From positions 7,708 to 71,707 of the forward strand of contig CBFGRV010000005.1 of the NCBI GenBank assembly GCA_965651265.1: a DNA stretch of 64,000 nucleotides. The letters are read 5' to 3'. Source of the DNA: an uncultured Rhodothermales bacterium. GTDB lineage: Bacteria > Bacteroidota > Rhodothermia > Rhodothermales > VXPQ01. Within the stretch, counting starts at the first letter, position 1, and each line of letters starts with the position of its first letter. The position numbers and the translations under genes were made by a program. The notes below the pieces were generated by a model. The model was given only the letters and a program-made list of their open reading frames with translations, ran no database searches and had not been told where the DNA came from. Below are positions 56,639 to 64,000 of the stretch, piece after piece.

Positions 56639-57397
56639 ATGAAGCTTCAGACTGTGATGATGCTGCTTCTGCAAGAGGCAGCCGCAGACGAAGGTGTAAT
56701 AAATGTTCTCGTCGAGCGCTTCAATGAGGGCGGCCCCTGGATGTGGCCAGTGCTCATCTGTTTGATCTTCGGCCTCGCCATTGCATTCGAGCGCATCATC
56801 ACGCTAAACCGTGCGGACATCGATACCCGCAGGTTTATCGTGGACGTTAAGCGCGCCCTCGACGAAGGCGGCGTCACGGCTGCAGAAGAGGTTTGCGCGA
56901 GGACTCGCGGTCCCGTCGCCTCCGTATTTCAGGCAGGTCTCCTCCGGTCGGACGAAGGCATCGAGGCGGTCGAAAAAGCCGTCGTCTCCTATGGCTCCAT
57001 CGAAATGAGCTTCCTCGAGCGAGGGCTGGTGTGGTTGTCCCTGTTTATTTCGCTTGCTCCGATGCTCGGCTTCCTCGGAACGGTCGTGGGTATGATCGAG
57101 GCGTTCGATGCCATCGAGCAGGCCGGCGACATCTCTCCGTCCCTGGTGGCCGGCGGTATTAAGGTCGCCCTCCTGACCACGGCATTCGGTCTGATCGTGG
57201 CCATCATCCTGCAATTCTTCTACAACTACGCTGTTTCAAAAATCGACCGCATCGTGGTCGAGATGGAAGATGCCTCCATCGAATTGATCGACTCTCTCGT
57301 GCTACTCGAAGCCGGCCGATCTGTTAGTGCGCCGGTACGCGACCGCACAACCAGTAGCTCGCCTACGACCGGACCGGATACGACCTCGGCTCCGTAA
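56639..57397 (+). CDS. exbB: MotA/TolQ/ExbB proton-channel family protein
   Basis: GGPWMWPVLICLIFGLAIAFERIITL and APMLGFLGTVVGMIEAF. SD GGAGGA lies 7 nt before ATG 56639. Confidence 0.85.
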   Translation: MKLQTVMMLLLQEAAADEGVINVLVERFNEGGPWMWPVLICLIFGLAIAFERIITLNRADIDTRRFIVDVKRALDEGGVTAAEEVCARTRGPVASVFQAGLLRSDEGIEAVEKAVVSYGSIEMSFLERGLVWLSLFISLAPMLGFLGTVVGMIEAFDAIEQAGDISPSLVAGGIKVALLTTAFGLIVAIILQFFYNYAVSKIDRIVVEMEDASIELIDSLVLLEAGRSVSAPVRDRTTSSSPTTGPDTTSAP

Positions 57398-57432
57398 TCC
57401 TGGAGATGCCGATCATCTAAACCTCGACTACC

Positions 57433-57705
57433 ATGGACACCATTCTACCTATTGCCATCTGGGCCGCAGTCATCGCGATGGGTTTGGCCCTCCTGGCACT
57501 CGTCGTGTTCGGAGTGCGGAGCATCTTCTACGGAAAGATCAATCTCATCACTGCGCTCATCGTCGTGATCCCCGTCGTGTTACTGGGCGTGCTCGGTCTC
57601 GTGATGGGAGATTGGACGGTGGCCGGCATCTGGACCATGGTGATCATGTTCGTCCTTGCGGCTGTCGGCCTTCTCCTATCGGGAATCCGCGGTCTCTTCA
57701 GTTGA
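57433..57705 (+). CDS. Small hydrophobic protein (about 3 TM helices), unknown function
   Basis: 90 aa, almost entirely hydrophobic (IAIWAAVIAMGLALLALVVFG.., LITALIVVIPVVLLGVLGLV.., MVIMFVLAAVGLLL). It sits between exbB and exbD. Confidence 0.5.
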   Translation: MDTILPIAIWAAVIAMGLALLALVVFGVRSIFYGKINLITALIVVIPVVLLGVLGLVMGDWTVAGIWTMVIMFVLAAVGLLLSGIRGLFS

Positions 57706-57804
57706 TAGATCGCCCGAGGGACCTTTCGTAATCCTCTTTCGTGTAGATTCTTGAGGCTGCCGTCCCAACGGTAAATTTCCACGCAAGAAGCGCTGAATGC
57801 TGAA

Positions 57805-58380
57805 ATGGCTGGGCTGTTAAAGAAAAAGAGGGAGCGCGAGGCGGGAGAGATTCCGACCGCGTCGATGGCGGACATTGCCTTTCTGCTGCTGATCTTCTTC
57901 CTCGTGACGACTACGATCAATGTCGATACCGGCATTGGGATGACGCTGCCTCCTCCGCTCGAGCAGGATCAGGAACCGCCGCCCGTAAGGGAGCGGAATA
58001 TGCTCAAGATCCTCGTGAACGCGCAGGGCCAGGTGCTACTGGAAGACAAGCCGTCATCCGTGGCACGCATCCGCGAAGAGGTCAAGAAGCATGTGCTGAA
58101 TGAAGGCGCTGATCCAAACTACGCGGAGTCGGCGGCGAAGGCCGTCGTCTCCCTCAAGACAGACCGGCAGACGCCCTACACAGTCTACATCGACGTGTTG
58201 GACGAGATCTGGATGGCCTACTTTGAGATGTGGGACGCGGAGGCCCGACGTCTGGGGTACCCGAGCTATGACGCATATCGAAAGTACCTCGACGAACACA
58301 ACATCGAGGAAAACGAGGTGCGGGAGAAGATCAAAGCGCAGATCTCCATCGCAGAGCCGGAAGACAGCGGTCAGAGCTGA
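57805..58380 (+). CDS. exbD: ExbD/TolR biopolymer transport protein (long form)
   Basis: IPTASMADIAFLLLIFFLVTTT N-terminal anchor typical of ExbD. Extended C-terminus. Confidence 0.8.
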   Translation: MAGLLKKKREREAGEIPTASMADIAFLLLIFFLVTTTINVDTGIGMTLPPPLEQDQEPPPVRERNMLKILVNAQGQVLLEDKPSSVARIREEVKKHVLNEGADPNYAESAAKAVVSLKTDRQTPYTVYIDVLDEIWMAYFEMWDAEARRLGYPSYDAYRKYLDEHNIEENEVREKIKAQISIAEPEDSGQS

Positions 58381-58413
58381 TCCTCGCATCTGACCTCAAC
58401 CTGATTATCGTTT

Positions 58414-58866
58414 ATGTCACACTTCGAGAAGAAGAGCGCGAAGACCCAACCGGCGATCCCAATGGCGTCGATGCCGGACATCATCTTCATGCTCATCATT
58501 TTCTTCATGGTCACCACTGTGCTTCGGGAGACCGAGGTGCAGGTGCGCACCCAGCTTCCTGAGGCTGAAGCGCTGACCAAGATCGAGCAGAAGCGCCTGA
58601 TCTCGTACATCTACATCGGCCCACGGAAGCTGGCAAACAACCAATTGGGTGAGACAGCCATCCAGATCGACGACGCCATCGTCGAGGATATGGGAAGCAT
58701 CCGCACGATTATGTACCGGAAGCTCCTGGAGCAGCCCCGTCTCATCGTCTCACTTCGTGTGGATGAGGATGCCGAGATGGGTATCGTCACCGATGTGCAG
58801 CAGGAGCTGCGCGAGGCCGGCACCCTCCGCATCAACTACTCGAGCCGCACGCAGCGGCCCTCATAG
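58414..58866 (+). CDS. exbD: ExbD/TolR biopolymer transport protein
   Basis: IPMASMPDIIFMLIIFFMVTTV anchor and a periplasmic domain (..IVSLRVDEDAEMGIVTDVQQELREAG). Confidence 0.8.
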   Translation: MSHFEKKSAKTQPAIPMASMPDIIFMLIIFFMVTTVLRETEVQVRTQLPEAEALTKIEQKRLISYIYIGPRKLANNQLGETAIQIDDAIVEDMGSIRTIMYRKLLEQPRLIVSLRVDEDAEMGIVTDVQQELREAGTLRINYSSRTQRPS

Positions 58867-59039
58867 CCAGGCGCCATATCTGCCAGAATGAGCAGCAAGC
58901 CTCATCGGTTGAACCGGTGGGGCTTTCTTGCTGGATGGCGGTTCGAGGCGCACGCGCTCTCGTATTTTACAGACTATAAACGTTTCGCGGACCGGCGTGC
59001 CGTTATATTCCGCCGCACGTCACACCAGATTGCGTCCAC

Positions 59040-60068
59040 ATGGGGCACAAGATTACTCTCATCCCAGGCGATGGAATTGGGCCGGAGGTTTCCTCCGCCG
59101 CCGTGCGCGTGCTGGAGGCTACAGGCCTCTCGTTCGAATGGGATATCCAGAATCGAGTCGGAGCGGCGGCGGTCGAGAAGGGTGATGAGCCGCTGCCCGT
59201 GCAAGTGCTAGATTCAATTCGCGCCAACAAGGTAGCCTTAAAGGGTCCGGTGACCACGCCGGTCGGAAAAGGCTTCAAGAGCGTCAATGTCCAGCTTCGG
59301 CAGAAGCTCGATCTCTACGCGAATGTTCGGCCGGCACAATCCCTGCCGGGAATCCGGACGCCCTTCGAGGATGTGAACCTGGTCATCTTCCGAGAAAACA
59401 CGGAAGGGCTGTATTCCGGGATCGAGACCTATGACGAGCGACTCGAGATTGCCGATGCGACGGCGCGGGTAACGCGTCGCGGCACCGAACGCATTATCCG
59501 ATTCTGCTTCGAGTATGCGCGACGCCATGGCCTGCACAAAGTGACCCTGGCCCACAAGGCCAACATCCTCAAGGTGACATCCGGGATGTTTCTTCGGATC
59601 GGCGAACAGATTGCGGCAGAATACCCTGAGATCGAATTCAATGATCGCATCATCGACAATATGTGCATGCAACTCGTCATCAGGCCGCAGGACTACGAGT
59701 GCATTGTTACGACCAACCTCTTCGGTGACATCCTCAGTGATCTCTGCGCCGGACTCGTCGGCGGTCTCGGCGTGGTTGCGGGAGCCAATATCGGCGACGA
59801 ATATGCCGTGTTCGAAGCCGTGCACGGAAGTGCTCCTGACATTGCCGGTCAGGACCTCGCCAATCCAACCGCCTTGATACGGAGTGCCATCATGATGCTG
59901 CGGCATCTAGAGGAGCCGATGGCAGCCCGTGCTGTGGAGGATGCACTCTACGAGATGTACGCGGAAAACGACAACCTGACCCGCGATGTCGGCGGACACG
60001 CCTCAACCACCGAGTTTGCCGAACAGTTGGCGGCCCGAGTCTCCGACAAATGCGCAGTCGCCGACTAA
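59040..60068 (+). CDS. Isocitrate dehydrogenase, NAD-dependent (IDH3-like; isocitrate/isopropylmalate dehydrogenase family)
   Basis: ITLIPGDGIGPEV, LKGPVTTPVGKGFKSVNVQLRQKLDLYANVRP, FRENTEGLYSG, NLFGDILSD and HGSAPDIAG. Confidence 0.8.
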   Translation: MGHKITLIPGDGIGPEVSSAAVRVLEATGLSFEWDIQNRVGAAAVEKGDEPLPVQVLDSIRANKVALKGPVTTPVGKGFKSVNVQLRQKLDLYANVRPAQSLPGIRTPFEDVNLVIFRENTEGLYSGIETYDERLEIADATARVTRRGTERIIRFCFEYARRHGLHKVTLAHKANILKVTSGMFLRIGEQIAAEYPEIEFNDRIIDNMCMQLVIRPQDYECIVTTNLFGDILSDLCAGLVGGLGVVAGANIGDEYAVFEAVHGSAPDIAGQDLANPTALIRSAIMMLRHLEEPMAARAVEDALYEMYAENDNLTRDVGGHASTTEFAEQLAARVSDKCAVAD

Positions 60069-60099
60069 GTCGTGATTGAGATTCTCGTCTGATCACAAG

Positions 60100-60525
60100 A
60101 TGATTCAACGCAAGCAATCCGTTTACCTCCTCCTGGGTGCGCTCGCCGTTGCAGCGGTTTTCCTCTTCGACGGCGTATTTGAAACGGAAGCGGCCCAGAC
60201 TCTTGGCTGGTATGCGCCGGCGCTGCTGGTCATCGGAATCGTCACCGCGCTGGCCGCGATTGTGGCGATCTTCCTGTATGGCGACCGCAACCGGCAGAAG
60301 CGGGTAGTGGTGGGGATCCAGTACTGTACCCTTCTCTTCATGTTGGTCCTGTATGGCGGTCTCGTGCTGGCCGGGGCGGCCCAGAGTCTGAATCAGGGGG
60401 CACTCGACACGGTGACGATCATTGGCCTGGCGCTCCCGATCCTCGCGTACGTGCTCTTCTACCTGGCACGTCGAGGAATTCAGGCCGACATCGAGCTCGT
60501 ACGATCGATGGATCGACTGCGGTGA
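60100..60525 (+). CDS. DUF4293-like membrane protein
   Basis: MIQRKQSVYLLLGALAVAAVFLF.. is the N-terminus typical of Bacteroidota DUF4293 proteins. Four TM segments. Start taken at ATG 60100. Confidence 0.6.
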   Translation: MIQRKQSVYLLLGALAVAAVFLFDGVFETEAAQTLGWYAPALLVIGIVTALAAIVAIFLYGDRNRQKRVVVGIQYCTLLFMLVLYGGLVLAGAAQSLNQGALDTVTIIGLALPILAYVLFYLARRGIQADIELVRSMDRLR

Positions 60526-61457
60526 GCTCAGTGGGCGCGGCGGTTGATCGCGATGAAGACCGGCCCGCATCGGTCGTCTGGATTTTGCTGATCGGCCTAT
60601 CGACGTTCTCTTTCAGCCCGATTCTCGTGCGTTTCGCGCAGGATGCGCCCGGCATGACCATCGCGGTGTGGCGCACGGTTTTTGCCGCCGCGATGCTCGC
60701 AGCGCCGGCCCTTCATCGCGTGCGCGGCGAGATGCGCGCCTTCACGCGCCGCGATCTCTCGATGATCGTCGTCGGTGGCGTTTTCCTCGGCCTCCATTTC
60801 GTCCTGTGGATCGAATCACTCTACCACACGAGCGTGGCGAGCACGTCCGTTCTGGTCACGACGAGCCCGATTTTCCTCGCCATCCTGGGCTACATATTCC
60901 TGAAGGAGCGGCTCTCGCGGCGCGAGTACGTCGCGATCGCGATGGCCGTTGCCGGTGCGGCCCTGATCGGCATCGGCGATCTGAAGGGGGGAACGGGTCC
61001 AAGACCACTTCTGGGCAATACGCTGGCGCTGACCTCGGCACTTCTCGTCAGCGTCTATTTGCTGGTCGGGCGGGTCGTGCGCCGCAAGACCTCCTGGCTG
61101 GCCTACGTCTTTCCACTGTACGCTATGGCGGCGATCACCATCCTCGTCGTCGCCCTTGCACTCGGGACGCCGCTGTTCGGCTTTTCTGCCGGAGTCTACG
61201 CCCTGTGCGCCGCGATGGCCATTGGGCCGCAGATCATCGGACACGGTTCATTCAATTACGCGGTTAGGTACGTTCCGGCGGCCATCCTGGGGCTGCTTTC
61301 GCTCGTGGAGCCTATCGGGGCATCCATTCTTGCGTACGTGCTCTTTGGTGAGGTACCGACGGCCGCCGCCGTGATCGGCATGCTTGTCGTGCTCATTGCC
61401 ATTGCCTTCGCCGTGCTACGTCGTGGCCGTTCGGCGGCCGAAATCCACACCGACTAG
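60522..61457 (+). CDS. EamA/DMT superfamily transporter
   Basis: About 10 TM segments arranged as two EamA-like repeats. GTGA overlap with the upstream stop. Confidence 0.75.
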   Translation: MSSVGAAVDRDEDRPASVVWILLIGLSTFSFSPILVRFAQDAPGMTIAVWRTVFAAAMLAAPALHRVRGEMRAFTRRDLSMIVVGGVFLGLHFVLWIESLYHTSVASTSVLVTTSPIFLAILGYIFLKERLSRREYVAIAMAVAGAALIGIGDLKGGTGPRPLLGNTLALTSALLVSVYLLVGRVVRRKTSWLAYVFPLYAMAAITILVVALALGTPLFGFSAGVYALCAAMAIGPQIIGHGSFNYAVRYVPAAILGLLSLVEPIGASILAYVLFGEVPTAAAVIGMLVVLIAIAFAVLRRGRSAAEIHTD

Positions 61458-61477
61458 AACGTCGCGGCGGTGGACTG

Positions 61478-62503
61478 TCACACGATGAAGCGCTCCGGCG
61501 GTAAATCCGAGAAATGTCGGTGCCCGCGGACGAAATACTCCAGCACGATGCTCGACCGAAAGGTCGGAAGTAGAGCCTCCTTTGGGCGTTCCGCGGCGTA
61601 GGCAGAACGCATCTTCATCGCATCGCGATAGGCTCTCTTGATGGCCGCTGCCTCCGCAGGGCGCCCGGCAGCCAGCGCCCGCGCTACCGCTAGTGCGTCG
61701 AACATCAGCCGGGCCGCGAACACGCGCTTCCATTCGGTTTCCGGGAGGTTCTTGTAGAGCAGGAGCAGATTATTGCGAAAGTTATAGTACACCTTTCTGA
61801 CGTTGCCACGGGGAAGAGACCCTCCGCCCAGGTGGTAGACTCGACTCGACGGTTCGACGCGAATGCGATAACCTGCTCGCTGGAGGCGCCAGCACAGATC
61901 GATCTCTTCCATGTGCATGACGAAACGTTCATCCAGCAGGCCCACCTCGTCCAATGCTGATCTCCTGAGAAGGACGGCGGCCCCGGTTGCCCAGAAGATG
62001 TCGCGCGCATCATCGTACTGCCCGTGGTCGTCTTCCAGCGTAAAGAAGATGCGGCCGCGTGTAAACGGATAACCGTAGCGATCGAGAAATCCACCAGAGC
62101 CTCCCGCGTACTCGAACCGATTGCGGTTCTCGTGCTGCAACAGCTTCGGCTGGACAGCGGCTACACCGCGCTCGCGTTCAAGGACGTCGACGAGTGGATC
62201 CAACCAGGTCGGCTCGACTTCGACGTCGTTATTGAGGAGTGCCACATAGCGGCCCGTTGCATGTGGGATCGCCTCGTTGTTACCGCGGCAAAACATCCAA
62301 TTTTCCGGGTGCCGAACGATCTTGATCTGCGGATAGGTCTGCGCGACCCAATCGGCCGATCCATCCGTCGAAGCGTTGTCCGCCAATATGATCTCGAGGT
62401 CCGGATAGGACGTATTCACGACGGAGGGTAGACAGGACTTTAACAGGGGAAGCGCATTCCACGTCACGATCACGATGGAGACACGCGGTCGGAGTGATGG
62501 CAT
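61478..62503 (-). CDS. Glycosyltransferase family 2
   Basis: VSIVIVTWNALPLLKSCLPS..ADNASTDGS and a DxD-type region (LLNNDVEV). Start at ATG 62503. Confidence 0.8.
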   Translation of the reverse strand: MPSLRPRVSIVIVTWNALPLLKSCLPSVVNTSYPDLEIILADNASTDGSADWVAQTYPQIKIVRHPENWMFCRGNNEAIPHATGRYVALLNNDVEVEPTWLDPLVDVLERERGVAAVQPKLLQHENRNRFEYAGGSGGFLDRYGYPFTRGRIFFTLEDDHGQYDDARDIFWATGAAVLLRRSALDEVGLLDERFVMHMEEIDLCWRLQRAGYRIRVEPSSRVYHLGGGSLPRGNVRKVYYNFRNNLLLLYKNLPETEWKRVFAARLMFDALAVARALAAGRPAEAAAIKRAYRDAMKMRSAYAAERPKEALLPTFRSSIVLEYFVRGHRHFSDLPPERFIV

Positions 62504-62669
62504 CGATAATCCTGTCGAATCGGGAGATGGGCGTCGTATTTTGTGGGCCGGCGGCAAACAGCCGAAAGGGCGCCGCCGCCGGGCGAAATGCGCTACGGGA
62601 TTCGAGCCCGTTCGGCGGTGCCTAGTTTAGAGCATCTACTCGCCAGGGGCAAACAAGGAATATCCGCCC

Positions 62670-64000
62670 ATGCAGCGGTCGATTTCTTACGACGAGGCAC
62701 GTGCTGTCCTCCAAAAATATTGGGGACATGCGGACTTTCGTCCGGGCCAGTGGGAGATCATCGAGCACGTACTGAGTGGACGCGACCTGCTCGCCATCCT
62801 TCCCACGGGCGGTGGAAAGTCGATCTGCTACCAGGTGCCGGCTCTGCTCAGCGAGGGGCTTACCATCGTCATCTCGCCGCTCATCGCACTGATGCAGGAT
62901 CAGGTCGCCGGCCTGCGCAGCCGGAACATCCCGGCGTCGTTCATCAACAGTGCGCTATCCGTTCGTGAGATCGATCAGCGGTGGACGGACGCCGAGCATG
63001 GTCGGTACAAGCTGCTCTACGTGGCTCCGGAGCGGCTGCAGTCCGAGATGTTTTTGGCTCGCTCATCGCGCCTGAAGGTGTCGATTCTAGCCGTCGACGA
63101 GGCGCACTGCATCTCGGAATGGGGCCACAATTTTCGGCCCTCGTATCTGGAGATCCCGCAGGGCCGCACGCGGTTGGGCGACCCTGTGACCATGGCCGTG
63201 ACGGCCACGGCGACTCCGGAGGTTCGGGCGGATATCATCGAGCACCTCCGACTCCGCAAGCCGAAAGTCATAGTCCGGGGTTTCGACCGTCCGAATGTCG
63301 TCTGGTCCGTGTTTCAGACGGAAAACAAGCGCACCAAGGTACTCGACGTGCTGGAAAACGTGCCTGGTTGCGGCATCATCTACTCCGCCACCCGAAAAGG
63401 AGTGGAGGAATGGTCGAAGTGGCTCGCCGCCCGGAATTTTGGCGTGGCCAGCTATCATGGGGGTATGCCAGGATCGCTCCGCGAGACGATGCAGGAGAGC
63501 TGGATCAGTGGACATCGTCGCATCATGGTGGCGACCAATGCCTTCGGAATGGGAATCGATAAGCCCGATGTCCGCTTTGTGGTGCACGTCGATCTACCGT
63601 CGACTCTGGAAGGCTATTACCAGGAGGCCGGGCGCGGCGGGCGCGATGGCAAGACGTCGTACGCGACCCTCATCTATCACCCGCGCGACGAGGAGACGCC
63701 GCGCGTGCTCATCGACGAAAGTCATCCGTCAGGCAAAGAAGTTCGCATCGTGTACGACGCCGTGTGCAATCTCGGCCAGATTCCCGTCGGCAGCCTCATC
63801 GAGGCGCCGGTCTCGATAGATGTCGAGGCCGTCTCGCGCCTCACCGGATTCACATCCGGCAAGATTCGGACTGCCGTCGATCTCCTGGAGCGGCAGGGGG
63901 CCTGGACGATTCTCGCTCCGCGCAGAAACTTCGGAATCCTCAGATTCTCACAGCCGGCAGACGCTATCCGTGGCTTCGCGTTGCGCACGGGAGGCGCGCT
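62670..64000 (+). CDS. recQ: ATP-dependent DNA helicase RecQ, N-terminal ~443 codons; runs off the window end
   Basis: Hand translation from ATG 62670 gives MQRSISYDEARAVLQKYWGHADFRPGQWEIIEHVLSGRDLLAILPTGGGKSICYQVPALL..ISPLIALMQDQV..LAVDEAHCISEWGHNFRP..ATNAFGMGIDKPDVRFVVH..YYQEAGRGGRDG. It is absent from the ORF track because no stop codon is reached. Confidence 0.85.
   Translation, partial: MQRSISYDEARAVLQKYWGHADFRPGQWEIIEHVLSGRDLLAILPTGGGKSICYQVPALLSEGLTIVISPLIALMQDQVAGLRSRNIPASFINSALSVREIDQRWTDAEHGRYKLLYVAPERLQSEMFLARSSRLKVSILAVDEAHCISEWGHNFRPSYLEIPQGRTRLGDPVTMAVTATATPEVRADIIEHLRLRKPKVIVRGFDRPNVVWSVFQTENKRTKVLDVLENVPGCGIIYSATRKGVEEWSKWLAARNFGVASYHGGMPGSLRETMQESWISGHRRIMVATNAFGMGIDKPDVRFVVHVDLPSTLEGYYQEAGRGGRDGKTSYATLIYHPRDEETPRVLIDESHPSGKEVRIVYDAVCNLGQIPVGSLIEAPVSIDVEAVSRLTGFTSGKIRTAVDLLERQGAWTILAPRRNFGILRFSQPADAIRGFALRTGGA

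Noticed and set aside
58886-58935. Imperfect long hairpin (CAGCAAG...CTTGCTG with inner CGG/CCG) after the second exbD, as a possible terminator
   Set aside because: There is no U-tract and the stem is interrupted by large internal loops. Not convincing as an intrinsic terminator.
62575-62635. tRNA-like T-arm (ACGGG-ATTCGAG-CCCGT; the minus strand reads ACGGG-CTCGAAT-CCCGT) flanked by CCGCCGC/TCGGCGG
   Set aside because: Only a T-arm-like hairpin and a short acceptor-like pairing are present, separated by about 15 nt. No D-arm or anticodon arm and no full 70-90 nt cloverleaf exists on either strand. It is at most a tRNA remnant and more likely chance GC-rich structure.
1-64000. CRISPR arrays, transposases/integrases, prophage genes, rRNA/tRNA genes
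   Set aside because: No spaced repeat arrays, no recognisable transposase, integrase or phage protein motifs in any frame, and no intergenic region long enough with tRNA/rRNA features. By eye, composition looks uniform except for short AT-richer promoter regions (5285-5540, 54540-54716, 56400-56640).

Overview
GC-rich bacterial chromosomal window, densely coding, about 55 protein genes. No rRNA, tRNA, CRISPR array or mobile element was recognised. A Por/T9SS C-terminal sorting tail, a Tat-exported HiPIP, a DUF4293 protein and the ExbB-ExbD-ExbD layout suggest a Bacteroidota/Rhodothermota-like organism; this is a low-confidence inference. All calls come from reading the supplied translations and sequence by eye; no searches were run.

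Gene content:
- Periplasmic sugar oxidoreductases: a PQQ dehydrogenase fragment, two Tat-signal Gfo/Idh/MocA enzymes flanking apbE, and a ThuA-SGDH-T9SS fusion.
- A minus-strand sulfur-assimilation operon: LacI, fprA, cysI, cobA, cysH (APS type), siroheme synthase N-domain.
- ppk1 with a sixA-like gene, pckA, a PAS-GAF histidine kinase, xylB, HiPIP, a divergent NRAMP and an Sfp-type PPTase.
- Fused isobutyryl-CoA mutase (icmF), DUF1801, pabB and pabC.
- A cNMP/CBS/DUF294 protein, acs, DUF4212 and a sodium:solute symporter.
- A NagK-like kinase, a penicillin-acylase-family protein, PolX, an S41 protease, exbB/exbD/exbD, NAD-type IDH, EamA, GT2 and a recQ fragment running off the window end.

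Two observations stand out:
1. A tightly coupled 8-gene minus-strand operon at about 15.8-25.9 kb. It encodes three B12-binding radical SAM enzymes, one SPASM/twitch radical SAM enzyme, three methyltransferase domains (one gene is a double-MTase fusion with an NPPY motif), a nucleotidyltransferase-fold protein and a GT4 glycosyltransferase. It has no obvious substrate gene and I could not map it to a characterised pathway.
2. A 39-codon uORF with 9 Cys and 5 Met, not in the ORF track. It lies in the 420-nt leader of the sulfite-reductase operon and is followed by mutually exclusive pairings and the only canonical intrinsic terminator I saw in the window. This looks like a classical ribosome-mediated attenuator that senses sulfur amino acids.
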